A DNA stretch of 64,000 bases from Candidatus Bathyarchaeota archaeon. Its GTDB lineage: Archaea > Thermoproteota > Bathyarchaeia > Bathyarchaeales > Bathycorpusculaceae. Shown here piece by piece: positions 12,369 to 23,505 of this stretch; position 1 is the first letter of the stretch; each line of letters starts with the position of its first letter. The position numbers and the translations under genes were made by a program. The stretch is from positions 1,920,001 through 1,984,000 of the forward strand of contig OY970340.1 in NCBI GenBank assembly GCA_963717465.1, in the 5' to 3' direction. The notes under the pieces were generated by a model, which saw only the letters and a list, made by a program, of their open reading frames with translations, ran no database searches and had not been told where the DNA came from.

Positions 12369-12920
12369 GTGATTTCTAACCCAGTTATTGATGCAATAAA
12401 AGCACGAAGATCAATCAGAAGCTATCAAGATAAACTAGTGCCACAAGAATTGATTGACACCATTATTGAAGCTGGCACATGGGCACCAACAGCTTGCAAT
12501 ATTCAACCCTGGAAATTTACAGTAATAAAAGGCAGGACCGCATGCAAAACAATCTCTGACAAAACCAAAACAATCATATCCAAAAATGCAGATCCAAAAA
12601 TAAGAAAACGATTTAGCGATCCACAGTTAGACTTAACTTTTTGTGCTCCTTTGGTTATCTTTATTTCCGCAGCTAAGTCGCCTTTTGCAGCAATTGACTG
12701 TAACCTGGCTGCTGAAAACATGGTTTTAGCCGCTTACTCGCTTGGCTTAGGCAGCATCTACAGCGGTACATTGATGAGTTTAAGTCAGGACCAAAAGACT
12801 AAAGCTGAGCTTGGCATTACAGGCAACAACGAGGTTTATGCTGCAATAGTGTTTGGCTACCCTAACGAGCAGCCTAAGGCATCGCGAAATAAACCAGCGA
12901 TTATTAAACAGATTGAATAA
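12369..12920 (+). CDS. Nitroreductase family protein
   Basis: RRSIRSY, APTACNIQPW, NMVLAAYSLGLGS. Confidence 0.92.
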   Translation: MISNPVIDAIKARRSIRSYQDKLVPQELIDTIIEAGTWAPTACNIQPWKFTVIKGRTACKTISDKTKTIISKNADPKIRKRFSDPQLDLTFCAPLVIFISAAKSPFAAIDCNLAAENMVLAAYSLGLGSIYSGTLMSLSQDQKTKAELGITGNNEVYAAIVFGYPNEQPKASRNKPAIIKQIE

Positions 12921-13010
12921 TAATCCCTTACTTTCTTTTTTGAAATCTAACAGATCAGCAACAAAAAGATAATAAATCAGCAAGCCATTAAATGCCTAGC
13001 TAATAGAATT

Positions 13011-13514
13011 TTGGAGGTTTTTGTAACGGTTAATGTTGGAGAAAAGGCTCCGGATTTCACTTTGCCTTCTCAAATGGGGGATAAAGTGACACTCTCGGAA
13101 TATTTTGGTAAAAAGAACGTTGTTCTCTATTTCTATCCTAAAGATGAATCAAGTGGTTGTACTAAAGAGGCTTGCAAATTCAGGGATAACTATGACGTCT
13201 TTACAGGGTTAGGGGCGGAAGTTCTTGGTGTGAGTTCGCAAAGTGTTGAGTCGCATAACTCCTTTGCTTCGCACTATGGGTTACAGTTTATTTTGCTGAG
13301 TGATGAAAAGAAAGAGGTTAGAAAATTGTACGATGTTGCGGGTTCAATGGGCTTTCCTGGGCGAGTCACCTTTGTAATTGATAAGAAAGGGATAGTTCGC
13401 CACATATTTTCTTCGCAGCTTCAGGCTGAACAGCATATTGAAGAAGCCCTTGTAACGCTAAAGACACTGGAGGAAGAAGAGAAAAACCAAAAGACCGATA
13501 ATCTGCCTAAATAA
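13011..13514 (+). CDS. bcp: Peroxiredoxin, BCP/PrxQ type
   Basis: YFYPKDESSGCTKEAC motif, GRVTFVID. Confidence 0.92.
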   Translation: MEVFVTVNVGEKAPDFTLPSQMGDKVTLSEYFGKKNVVLYFYPKDESSGCTKEACKFRDNYDVFTGLGAEVLGVSSQSVESHNSFASHYGLQFILLSDEKKEVRKLYDVAGSMGFPGRVTFVIDKKGIVRHIFSSQLQAEQHIEEALVTLKTLEEEEKNQKTDNLPK

Positions 13515-13642
13515 ATTACTGTAAATTACTGCGCACTAATTGGTAGGATCATAAGCAAATAAAGACTAAAAAAACGCCCGCTTTCTAGAAAGAGAAATTA
13601 ATCGTTATACACTTATCATAGTTAGAAGTTTTTGGTGTCATC

Positions 13643-15293
13643 ATGTCAAGGATATTGGATGAAACAGTTAGCTCTAAATTGAAAACGGCATTTGAGGCTT
13701 TAGTTAATCCTGTGCGTCTTATTTTCTTTACTCAAGAAAATGCGTGCCCCAACTGCTTGGACGAAGGCAACTTGCTGAGAGAAATAAGCGAATTATCAAG
13801 CAAGATAACATTGGAAGTTTATGACTTTGTTTTGAATAGCGATCAAGTATTGTCGTATAAGATAAATAAAATACCTGCAACGGCAATTGTGGGCAAGCGT
13901 GACTTTGGAATCCGTTTCTATGGGTTAACTCTTGGTTACGAGCTTACATCGCTCATAGAAGCCATTATTATGGTTTCAACTGAGCAGACAGGTCTTGACC
14001 CACGCCTGGAAATACCAGTTAAAACCATTGCTGATAGCGTTCATTTGCAGGTTATGACAACGCTAACATGCCCTCACTGCCCAAATATGGTGCGGATCGC
14101 ACACCAGTTTGCTTTTCTTAACGATAAAATTAGTGCAGACATGGTTGAAATGACCGAGTTTCCACATCTTGCCCAGCGATATAACGTTACTTCGACACCG
14201 AAAACAATCATAAATGAATCACAATCATTTGTAGGTGCACTCTCTTCTGAAGCTGTTTATCTGGAAATAATGAAAGCTGTAAATCCACAAAAGTTTAGAG
14301 AAATTGAAGAAGAACTAGCTGGCACTCAAGCGCCTAAAACTGGAAGCTTCAAAGAAATGCATGAATATCAGGTTGCTATTGTAGGCGGTGGACCAGCAGC
14401 CATGTCAGCTGCAATTTATGCTGCACGTAAAGGCTCAGAAGTTATTCTCATAGCCAAGAAGATTGGAGGACAGATTAACTATACTGCGTCAATCGATAAT
14501 TATCTTGGTTTGCCGGAAACAAGCGGTACTGATATGGCGCAAGCTTTTTTGGCACATATAGAAAAGTTTAAAATAGCAAAGATTTTCGGCTTAAACGTAA
14601 GTAAGATTGAACAGACACAATCTGGTTTTGAGCTTCTTATGGAAGATAATCAGCGCATTAAGGCTAAGTCTGTCATTTATTGTGCTGGAAAAGAATACCG
14701 CAAGTTAGGAGTGGCAGGCGAAGAACGTTTTATCGGAAACGGTGTTGGGTTCTGTGCAACCTGCGATGCCCCGCTCTATGCAGGGAAACGTGTTGCGGTT
14801 GTAGGCGGCGGTAATTCAGCGTTTACGAGTGCACGGGATCTTCTTAATTATGCTTCTGAGATTAACATTATTCACCGAGAAAATGAGTTTACTGCAGATG
14901 CGACGCTAATCCAACAAGTAAGGCAATCAAGTAAAGTTAAATTTCATAAGCCGTTTGAAGTTGAAGAGTTCTTAGGCACCGATAAATTGTTAGGACTTAG
15001 ATTAGAATCCATAAATAAAAAAGAACGATATGACATTTCCGTGGATGGTGTATTTTTGGAAATTGGCTTAACGCCAAATAGCAAACCACTAGCGAGTTTG
15101 ATTAATTTAACCCCGCAAGGGGAAGTACCTGTTAACCGTGACCAATCAACTCAAATCAAGGGGCTTTTTGCAGCAGGTGACGTAACTGACACCGAGGAAA
15201 AACAAATTTCGAATCGCGATTGGACAAGGTGCCGCAGCGGCGTTATCTGCCTACAAATATCTAATTGAAAATGAACCTGTAACCAGAAAATAG
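13643..15293 (+). CDS. AhpF-like fusion: protein-disulfide oxidoreductase (two Trx folds) + thioredoxin reductase; extra A near 15211 shifts the last ~27 codons
   Basis: CPNC and CPHC in the N-terminal half; GGGPAA, CATCD, GGGNSA, FAAGDV; corrected end IAIGQGAAAALSAYKYL…TAG at 15293. Confidence 0.88.
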
Positions 15294-15445
15294 GCGGGCA
15301 AAGAAATCTGGGAATAGCAAGCGCGCACTCAAAGGAAGAGCTGGTAAATTACGAGAAGAATTCTAGAAGGCAACAACAAACTAGAACAAACCATGCTCTT
15401 TCCAAAAGACCCTTAATTGGCTTAAAAGAAAAATAGACTTTGCAA

Positions 15446-15859
15446 CTATGCTAGCTTTTTGCTATTCGCTCCAGGAGATGCAGAAAATACTTCATCGATT
15501 TTTATGGTGCCAACACTTTTGATAGGCGGAAATTTGTGTTCAGCCATCTTTTTAGCAAAGTTATCAAATAAAGGACCTGATGTTTGGAAACCAAGAAATT
15601 TACCTTTCAATTGGTAAGCAGTTGCTGGAAGTTTGAAAACTGTTACTGATGCTCTCTTGGTTTTTTCCAAGTTATGTTTTGTATGTATAATCATCATTTC
15701 TGCAAAAGCTAATGTATCATCACCAATAGGTGTTATACTGTAAACAGGCACTGCATTAGGAACCCCATTTTCATCAACTGAAACTAAAATTCTAATTGAA
15801 TCTTGTGCATTAAGAACATCTACAACCTCTTTTGGAATAACTGTCAAAATTATCACCAA
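15446..15859 (-). CDS. Pyridoxamine 5'-phosphate oxidase-like FMN-binding protein
   Basis: SVDENGVPNAVP, HTKHNL, AYQLKG, IDEVFSASPG. Confidence 0.85.
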   Translation of the reverse strand: MVIILTVIPKEVVDVLNAQDSIRILVSVDENGVPNAVPVYSITPIGDDTLAFAEMMIIHTKHNLEKTKRASVTVFKLPATAYQLKGKFLGFQTSGPLFDNFAKKMAEHKFPPIKSVGTIKIDEVFSASPGANSKKLA

Positions 15860-16266
15860 TTACTTTGAATAACTATTAAGTTATAAAACTTTGTCGTTGC
15901 TATTTAGCCACACTAAAAAGCACACGTGCTTATGATATTTATCCACGCACACGATTCAGTTCGCGTCTTCCCAAGTACACTAATCTTCTTTTGGTCCAAA
16001 TAATGCTTCTCCCATAATTTATTGATAGTTTATTAGGGGCGATATAGGGTTAAGCGTTTCTTGTGAAAATCCAGTTATAAGCAAGGACTTACTTGCGAGT
16101 AATTAACTTGCAAATTCTTGTCAGTTACATAAGAGAATGAAGAAAATAGTAATCGCTGAAAATAAAAAATGCAGGTCTTTAAGCAGTCAATGTTTGTGGC
16201 TGCATTTGTGTTTACACATATTGTTAATAGCGACATTTTCACCATCCATTTTATTGGTGATTAGTT

Positions 16267-16737
16267 ATGTCAACTGAAAATCCATTAATAATGAAAGAAA
16301 AACGCGGCAAGATCATGGGTCCAGTAGATTACTTGGTAGTAAGGTTTCCAGGAAATAAATTCAGTGGCAAAATCATCCCGGAACTAGTTAATCTAGCGAG
16401 GAGAAACATTATTCGCGTTTTGGATTTAGTCTTTGTCTTCAAGGACGGGGATGGAAATCTGTCTATTACTGAAGCAAAGGACTTAAAGGATGATACAGGC
16501 ACACTCGGAGAATTGACTAGGAACACCGGTGAATGGTTCTATGAAGGCGATATAGATGCGATTGCAGCATCGTTAGAAAATAATAGTTCAGCGAGTATTT
16601 TGCTGGTCGAGAACATTTGGGCCATCCGTTTTAAAGAGGCACTGCTTGAGGCCAATGCAGAGCTAATCGAGATGGGTCGCATTCCACCAGAAACGATTGC
16701 TAAAGTAGAAAAAGCAATAGTGCAAGGAGGCACCTAA
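16267..16737 (+). CDS. DUF6325/DUF1269-type protein
   Basis: MGPVDYLVVRFPGNKFSG…ENIWA…GRIP; usual partner of a downstream SHOCT protein. Confidence 0.75.
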   Translation: MSTENPLIMKEKRGKIMGPVDYLVVRFPGNKFSGKIIPELVNLARRNIIRVLDLVFVFKDGDGNLSITEAKDLKDDTGTLGELTRNTGEWFYEGDIDAIAASLENNSSASILLVENIWAIRFKEALLEANAELIEMGRIPPETIAKVEKAIVQGGT

Positions 16738-16740
16738 AAC

Positions 16741-16989
16741 ATGAGAGGAAGAGGAGTAATGCTTGTAGCGGGAACACGAATGGGCGAGAAAAAAGGAGAA
16801 CAGCAAGCACAAGCGCAAATGCAAGCCCAGCAACAGCAGCAAGCACAACAGAAGACACAGGCTCCGTCAACTGCACCAGCACCAACCAAAGATGTCACTG
16901 CAGAACTGCAGAAACTGTCAGAACTTCACAACTCAGGTGCACTCACAGAACAAGAATTCGCTGACGCCAAGAAAAAGCTCCTAACGTAA
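16741..16989 (+). CDS. Gln-rich small protein with C-terminal SHOCT domain
   Basis: ELQKLSELHNSGALTEQEFADAKKKLL. Confidence 0.85.
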   Translation: MRGRGVMLVAGTRMGEKKGEQQAQAQMQAQQQQQAQQKTQAPSTAPAPTKDVTAELQKLSELHNSGALTEQEFADAKKKLLT

Positions 16990-17258
16990 TAGAGACCTGC
17001 AAAAAGAATAAGTGACAATGGAACTCTTTTTTTGAAAACAGGTTCTTTAACAAACCAAAAAAGAAAATTGTTGCACAAAAAGTGGCCAACTTGGTCTAAT
17101 CAAGTGATCTTTCACGCAAGAAAAATGTTCACTTATAACATATCAACGGCTTTAGCAGCTGAAAAACTTGAGTTAACGAAAAAGGGAAAATAAGGGTGAA
17201 AAGAGAATAAGTGCTCTTCTAGAGTAGCAAGTACTAACGTCTTTGGATGGGAGATGTC

Positions 17259-17441
17259 TTATTCGATTATTTGAATTGCGGCTGTAGGACATTGAACTTC
17301 GCATGCTCTGCAGACAATACAGTCGTTAGCTCTTACTGGTACGGATTTTCCGTCTTTCATTTCAAAGACATTAACAGGACAAGTGGTTACGCAGACTTCG
17401 TCTCCAGTGCATTTAGTGTTGTCAACTATTACCTTTACCAT
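17259..17441 (-). CDS. Dicluster ferredoxin
   Basis: CTGDEVCVTTCP and CIVCRACEVQCP. Confidence 0.92.
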   Translation of the reverse strand: MVKVIVDNTKCTGDEVCVTTCPVNVFEMKDGKSVPVRANDCIVCRACEVQCPTAAIQIIE

Positions 17442-17591
17442 TTTTCTTACCTTCTACTGAATTTTATCAAAAGCAAGCAAGAATGATAAAAACATTTAGG
17501 CTCATTAAACGTAGTTCTTTATTAAATAGTATACGTAAAAACATTTTTGCAAATTCACTTTAACTTCTTAAACTAAGCGAGAAAGAAAGAA

Positions 17592-17608
17592 AGATTTAAT
17601 TTTAATCT
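17592..17608. repeat. Degenerate copy of the 17-bp palindrome (AGATTTAA-T-TTTAATCT)
   Basis: Matches GGATTAAAWTTTAATCC with 3 mismatches; purine-rich left flank, CAAACT repeats on the right. Confidence 0.5.
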
Positions 17609-17713
17609 TCAAACTCAAACTCAAGATTCATTTTGGCTTCTCTTTGTAAAGAGAAACAAATGACTTTGATCTCGGTGGGTCTATTACCGTGCGCAAATTT
17701 GTTCTTCAGTGAG

Positions 17714-18622
17714 CTACTTAGACAGGAACCTCCAAGATAGAACGATTCCAATTGCTGATAATATTGCTGCAAAGGCAATCAAGACTGCAAAATCCACACC
17801 AATGCCGAATGTACTTGCAGAGTTGAGCAAGAGGTATCTTGTCGCGTCGTTAGTATAGCTGATGGGGTTGTACTTTACGACCGTTTGAAGCCAATCAGGC
17901 ATTATAGTTGTTGGGAACAGTGCATTGCTTGCGAATATCAATGGCAGACTAAGCAGGTTAACTATTGCTATTTGTGTTTGCCAGTCTGATGATCTTAATG
18001 CTAGCATTGTAAACAATGCTGATAGGCCCATTCCCATTAGGAATATGGCTGTAAATGCTCCTGCAATTCCAAGGACGCTGAACTGACTTACATCCATACC
18101 TAGTAACACTGCGATGACCAGGATTATGGCACTTTGAACCAGTGATCTGACGACACTTTGAAGGATTTTGCTCATCACTATTGTTCCACGTGCAACAGGT
18201 GTACTTAATGCTTTGTTCATGAAGCCGAATCTTCGGTCAAAAACCACTGACATCCCGCTGAATGATGAAGTGAAGACAACTATGAAGGCAAGCATTCCAC
18301 AGGCTAAAAATGAGAAGTAACTTGTGGTCCCGAAAAAGTGTAACAGTATTGCGTTTTGTTCAGCTTGTGTGACTCCCGGTCCTGAGATGAAAGATCCGAA
18401 GTTTAATGCTTTCCCGAATAGTCCAAGCCAAACTACAGGTTGGATTAGTGATAAAAGGAGTTGAATTGGATTTGTGTACCATTTTCTCAAGTCTCTGTTC
18501 GTAAGTGCCCAGAGTGCATGTAGCGGACTTTTGTTTATTTTTGGAGGGTTTCTTGTTGTTTTCGGGGTTACACTTGTTTCTGTTGGTTGCTTTTTTGTTT
18601 CATTTTCAGTCATAATTTTCAC
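17714..18622 (-). CDS. ABC-2 type exporter permease (DrrB-like)
   Basis: Multiple TM helices, DRRFGFM, SNALFP…MPDWLQ…NPISY. Confidence 0.9.
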   Translation of the reverse strand: MKIMTENETKKQPTETSVTPKTTRNPPKINKSPLHALWALTNRDLRKWYTNPIQLLLSLIQPVVWLGLFGKALNFGSFISGPGVTQAEQNAILLHFFGTTSYFSFLACGMLAFIVVFTSSFSGMSVVFDRRFGFMNKALSTPVARGTIVMSKILQSVVRSLVQSAIILVIAVLLGMDVSQFSVLGIAGAFTAIFLMGMGLSALFTMLALRSSDWQTQIAIVNLLSLPLIFASNALFPTTIMPDWLQTVVKYNPISYTNDATRYLLLNSASTFGIGVDFAVLIAFAAILSAIGIVLSWRFLSK

Positions 18623-18625
18623 CTT

Positions 18626-19651
18626 TTATGCTCTTGCTCTGCTCAGAGTTGCCCGGCGACTCATCATATGGAGTTTATCAGATTCTTCTTCTCGCAGTTC
18701 GTGTCCTGTGAATTCTAAGTATACTTCGTCTAGCGTTGGCTTTGTTAATGAGATTTTGGTTACGTGTAGTCCTTTATTTCGGATTAGGTCTGTGATTTGA
18801 GGGGAAGCTTCTTCTCCAAGCTCCACCTTGATTCGGTAATTCTTATCGCTTTTCTTAACATCTTTAACCAATTTTATTTTGGCAATAGCACTTGAAATGT
18901 CGGGTTCCGTTTCTTGAACGGTTACTGTTATCACGTCTCCTCCTATGCTTGCTTTGAGCTCTTCCGGGGTGCCGATTTTTATAATGTGCCCATGGTCAAT
19001 TATGGCTATTCTGTCACAAATCGAATCAGCTTCTTCGAGGTAATGGGTAGTCATGAAAAGTGTCATTTGGTATTCTTCTTTGAGCTTTTTTATGTATTTC
19101 CAGACTGCAGTTCTTGTTTGAACGTCAAGGCCAAGTGTTGGTTCGTCTAAAAATAGTAGTTTTGGATAATTAATTAAGCCGCAGGCTAATTCTAGCCTTC
19201 TGCGCATTCCTCCTGAGAATGTGCTGACTTTTTTGTTTTCGGCGTCTTGGAGCTCGACTAGTCTTAATAGTTCTTTTGCGTGTGGTTTCGAATCACTTCT
19301 GGATATGCCGTACAGGTCTGCGCAGAGGAGGATGTTATTAATTCCGGTCATATCTTCGTCGGCAGTGTATTCTTGTGGCACAACTCCGATGTTGCTTCGC
19401 ACTTCGTTTGCGTGCTTAAGAATATCGTAGCCGCAAACCTTTGCATCTCCAGAAGTGGGCTTTAAAATAGTGATGAGCATATTGATGGTTGTAGTTTTCC
19501 CTGCACCGTTTGGTCCAAGAAAACCGAAAATTTCCCCTTTCTTAACATAAAAGTTGATGTGGTCAACCGCGATTAGAGTTTTATTAAAAACTTTAGTTAA
19601 CCCTTCAACTTTAATTATATCTTCATTTTCACTCATTTTTTTTACCTTCAA
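18626..19651 (-). CDS. ABC exporter ATP-binding subunit (DrrA-like)
   Basis: GPNGAGKTT, FSGGMRRR, LFLDEPT, TTHY. Confidence 0.95.
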   Translation of the reverse strand: MKVKKMSENEDIIKVEGLTKVFNKTLIAVDHINFYVKKGEIFGFLGPNGAGKTTTINMLITILKPTSGDAKVCGYDILKHANEVRSNIGVVPQEYTADEDMTGINNILLCADLYGISRSDSKPHAKELLRLVELQDAENKKVSTFSGGMRRRLELACGLINYPKLLFLDEPTLGLDVQTRTAVWKYIKKLKEEYQMTLFMTTHYLEEADSICDRIAIIDHGHIIKIGTPEELKASIGGDVITVTVQETEPDISSAIAKIKLVKDVKKSDKNYRIKVELGEEASPQITDLIRNKGLHVTKISLTKPTLDEVYLEFTGHELREEESDKLHMMSRRATLSRARA

Positions 19652-20237
19652 TTTTTTTTGTTAATTTTCCAAATTTTTCAGAAGTATCATCTATTATTTT
19701 TTTCATTTCATCCAATGTTTCTTCAGAAAAGTTTTCTTGCAAGGCATTGCTCAATTGTAACATTGCTCGACCAGCACGCATGAATGTTTCCCGAACGATC
19801 GCGGTCTTTTCAGGAGGAACTTTTCTAAAGAAGTCGCCGAAGGGCCTTTGCTGAAAACCCATTGTTTCCTTATATTTTCCCATAATGTTTCTTTGATTTT
19901 CGAGTAGTACTTTTCCTTTTTCATTGAGCTCGTAGCGTTTCATGCCGTTTTCGGTTGGGAGTTCTCTTATGTAGCCGCTGTCCTGCAGATAGGCTAGAAG
20001 AGGGTAGATTGAGCCTGGGCTTGGTTTCCAGAATCCGCCAGTAAACTTTTCGATATTTTCGATTAACTCCGATCCAGATAGGGGCTTTTCATTAAGAGCA
20101 ATTAGGACTTGGTGTCGAATGAATCCTTTCGGAACCGTGGCGGTGTGTCGTATCCATTTGCGCTTTTGCTGCAATAACTGTTTTTCTTCGCGCAGTTGTC
20201 GTCTTATTCTATTTCTTTCTCTCCGCTCTTCAGCCAT
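19629..20237 (-). CDS. PadR family transcriptional regulator
   Basis: WKPSPGSIYPLL, YELNEKG; first gene of the ABC operon. Confidence 0.9.
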   Translation of the reverse strand: MAEERRERNRIRRQLREEKQLLQQKRKWIRHTATVPKGFIRHQVLIALNEKPLSGSELIENIEKFTGGFWKPSPGSIYPLLAYLQDSGYIRELPTENGMKRYELNEKGKVLLENQRNIMGKYKETMGFQQRPFGDFFRKVPPEKTAIVRETFMRAGRAMLQLSNALQENFSEETLDEMKKIIDDTSEKFGKLTKKIEGKKNE

Positions 20238-20780
20238 AATGTTATGCCGCTATGGATATTATTGGATTAGTCATGTGTGATATCATTTGTGATATTTAAA
20301 GTTGCTGGAAAACAAGTAAATTTTTTTAAAAAAAAACAAAATCAATATGCAAAAAGAGAATTAGCTGATTAACGTTCCAAATTTTCGCCTTTAATGGCCA
20401 ATAAAATATTTTCAGGAACAAAACCGTTAAAAACAATCAGTTTCAGCTGGTTACATTTCAAAACCTTAACAGCCTCAGGATCAATTAATCAATTACATAG
20501 TGCATTCCTGCCTTATGCGCATTCTCCTCAAAAATCTAAGGCAATCATCAAAAGACAAGCGATCCAACTTAACAGCGCCAGCATACTTGCGGGAGTCCTT
20601 GTCATATACGCCATCTTGATCTGTGCCCTTTATAAGCAGATATGCTTTTCCTTCGAGTAGTTGAGCGGTTCAATCGACCAGAGTAAATGAGTTATGCGAG
20701 TAGAGTAAGTGCGGTGAGCAAGAGGATAGAAGAAGAATAAGAAGAAGATAAAGAAGTAGTTGTTAATGAAGAAGAGAGAG

Positions 20781-20797
20781 AAATTAAATTTTAATCC
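20781..20797. repeat. 17-bp palindrome copy (AAATTAAA-T-TTTAATCC)
   Basis: Right arm perfect; preceded by a GA-rich low-complexity tract. Confidence 0.6.
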
Positions 20798-20845
20798 AAA
20801 AAAGAGTGTTCAGTAAAAGCAAGTTACTCAAACATGGTGATCTTT

Positions 20846-21296
20846 TTATTGCACAACTAAGACAGGGCATTTAGCTAAATGAACAATTCTTTCACTTGTG
20901 GTTCCCATGAAAGTCTCATGCACTCTACTTAATCCTTTATGACCAATCACGATTAAATCAAAATTTTTTGTTGCATCAACGATTTCGTGAATCGGATTAC
21001 CTTCTTTTACCAAAGGCAAAAGAGTCATGTTTGGTTTAAATTCTTTAAGCTTGTCAATTACATTAGCTATTGCCTGTTCACTCCTTTTTTTTCTTTCTTC
21101 TATGATTGATGGATCGAATTTTTCGATTGGTACGTTCCCAGCCGCTCCAAGCCAAATATCTGTAGGCGGCGGAATTTGAACAACATTTAAAATAGTAATC
21201 GAAGCATTCAGTTTTTCAGCTAAGTCTACAGCTGCATCCACAGCTCTTTTTTGAGTTTTCAGAAAAATCAACAGATGCCAATATTTTACTTATCAC
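20846..21296 (-). CDS. Universal stress protein (UspA family), homopolymer frameshift near 21250
   Basis: GTG start VISKILASVDFSENS in the adjacent frame; DLIVIGHKG…GTTSERIVHLAKCPVLVV. Confidence 0.88.
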
Positions 21297-21658
21297 AAAA
21301 ATAGTTAGGCGTTAAACGCTTAATAAATTTTTTCCGCACTGAGCTGGTTGTTAAGTTCTGTTTTTCTTGTTTTAAACCGAGCTTAGTAGTATACTCAATT
21401 CTTTAATGTACGTGTGTTCTTATTTTATTTGATTCTGGTTTCTTTAGCGGAGTATACTAGATTCCGACATTGTTTTTCGAGTATATCCTTTTTCCCTTAG
21501 GGATATACGCGTTTTTTTTATGTTGGTGTAATACTTGAATATCCTGATTTATGCTTGAACATCCTTTACTTGAAATGATATAATCTTTCTTCTTGCCTGC
21601 CTTTTCAAGCAATTTTCAAGCAAGGCAGAATTAACCCGTGTGTGTGAGAAAGAAGAGG

Positions 21659-21675
21659 GGATTAAAATTTAATTC
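21659..21675. repeat. 17-bp palindrome copy (GGATTAAA-A-TTTAATTC) overlapping the methyltransferase stop codon
   Basis: 16/17 match to the consensus. Confidence 0.65.
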
Positions 21676-22268
21676 AGACAACGTTCCCCGACTGTAACGA
21701 CTTGCCACAGTGTCCACAACCTTCTTTGATTTCGAACCTGAAATCCAGCACGCCTAAAAGTTTCCCGTATTGCGTTTGGATTGTTGGTTCGAAAATGACT
21801 GATGAACTTGGATAATCCCAGCGGTAGCCAAAAATCGGCGATAAACAATAGACCGCCTACTTGCAAAACACGTTTTATTTCTCTTAGACCTTGCTCTTGA
21901 TCTTGCCAGTGATGAAACGAAGCCGTACTGAAGACAAGATCAACCGATTCGTCAGGTAAAGGGAGCGATTCAGCCTTACTAATGTAGAATTTTGCGTCAG
22001 GCGTTAATCGGCGGGCGTTCTCGATCATGCCGTCAGCTGGATCAACGCCGATTAACTGTGCTTTGGGCCAGTACTTTCTGGCTTTGCGGAGCAATCGTCC
22101 AGTCCCGCAACCGACATCTAAAATCGTGTTAGGGGTATGTCCTTTTTCAGCCATGTTTAGCACGCGCCTCTGAATTCGGTCGAAAAGAAACCGCTGCCCT
22201 AACGAATTCTCATAAGTCAAGGACCAACGATTGAAGCGTTCAATGTCATCCGTTTTCTTTACAGCCGT
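21669..22268 (-). CDS. Class I SAM-dependent methyltransferase (start uncertain; ORF track extends to 22394)
   Basis: ILDVGCGTG, AESLPLPDESVDLV, SFHHW. Confidence 0.88.
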   Translation of the reverse strand, partial: TAVKKTDDIERFNRWSLTYENSLGQRFLFDRIQRRVLNMAEKGHTPNTILDVGCGTGRLLRKARKYWPKAQLIGVDPADGMIENARRLTPDAKFYISKAESLPLPDESVDLVFSTASFHHWQDQEQGLREIKRVLQVGGLLFIADFWLPLGLSKFISHFRTNNPNAIRETFRRAGFQVRNQRRLWTLWQVVTVGERCLN

Positions 22269-22421
22269 ACGTGATCCCTCAAATTTGCAATGACTCTTTG
22301 TATTTTTTAGCGTGTACACTATAAATGGATTTTTCAGATTTTTACTTAACTCTTTACTCCATTCTTCCAGATATGGTATTTGGATTATGTGCACCGAACA
22401 ATCATGTACATACTTAAGTGA

Positions 22422-22631
22422 CTATGGTACAGGCCAATCTTTGAGTCTAACGTTCTCTGAATGCAGCTGTCCCTCGGTTGCCCAGTTTGTCTTCGGGACC
22501 TCATAAATGATAATCTCAACTGCTTGACGGGGTATGCCTAACTCCTCAAGCACCCTCGTCATCCCTTCAACAAGTTTCTTCTTATTCTCTTTAGTAATAC
22601 CTGCCCAAACACTTACTTGAACCAAAGGCAA
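22422..22631 (-). CDS. 4-oxalocrotonate tautomerase family protein
   Basis: N-terminal catalytic Pro (MPLVQV), EVPKTNWATEG. Confidence 0.9.
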   Translation of the reverse strand: MPLVQVSVWAGITKENKKKLVEGMTRVLEELGIPRQAVEIIIYEVPKTNWATEGQLHSENVRLKDWPVP

Positions 22632-22903
22632 TGCAACTACCCCAAATAAAATATCCTTTTCTACCTATTAAAACAGTATTACTCATTTCCTACTATACCT
22701 GTGCACTATACAGAAATTGGCTTGTTATAGGAGTATGCTCGATTCCGATTCTATAGTCTTATCCTATATTGATTATGATTTTATTCTATACCTTTCTTTA
22801 TGCCCTGAGTTTGGTTACTGCATATGCTGAACCGTATACACTGCTTTCTCTGAATCGTTGATTTTATGCCCGAAACCACTAAAAATCGTTGGATGGATTG
22901 GTT

Positions 22904-22920
22904 GGATTAAAATTTAACCC
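22904..22920. repeat. 17-bp palindrome copy (GGATTAAA-A-TTTAACCC)
   Basis: 16/17 match; left flank gttggatggattggtt, right flank caaaataacctaac. Confidence 0.75.
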
Positions 22921-23197
22921 CAAAATAACCTAACTTGGATTTTTCATTTTTCAAGATTAAACAAAAACTGCTGCTAATATTTTCAGGGTTTGCAATTATT
23001 CTTATTTGTTCTTTTTCTGCTGTCCATTATAATTTAGCTGATTTAGGTACTAGTACAATTACTTTTGTCATTTCGGGACTTTTACGACTTTCATTATACG
23101 ATTGATTCTTATTTCTTTGGCAAAAAGGAAAAAGTAAAACTGTGATGATATGCAGGAACAGGATGTACGCAATCAACGAAAATTAGCTAGAAGATTT

Positions 23198-23371
23198 TCA
23201 CTCTTCTTTAATCCTTTTTTCGTACTCCTCATCCGTTATGATACCTTTCTCAATTAGCAAGTCAAACGAGGCATAGTGCATCTCGTCGTTGCTAAATCTG
23301 AAAGTTTTAGCCTGTAGCTCACGAAGATCACATGTTTTTCGTCTAGTAGTATTTTTACGCAGAAATAACAT
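23198..23371 (-). CDS. Small (57 aa) ORF ending in a SHOCT-like motif
   Basis: Manual translation ends FDLLIEKGIITDEEYEKRIKEE*; shorter than any ORF in the track. Confidence 0.4.
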   Translation of the reverse strand: MLFLRKNTTRRKTCDLRELQAKTFRFSNDEMHYASFDLLIEKGIITDEEYEKRIKEE

Positions 23372-23505
23372 TGTCCTTGTTTTTCGATTTTCACATGCCG
23401 TTCCCAGAATTTTCCAGATTCACTTTTTAGCTTCAGGAATTTTCCCATTTTTCCGGGATTATTCGCGGGTACGACTAGCTCAATTTTTATTCGTGTTTAT
23501 TGGAT

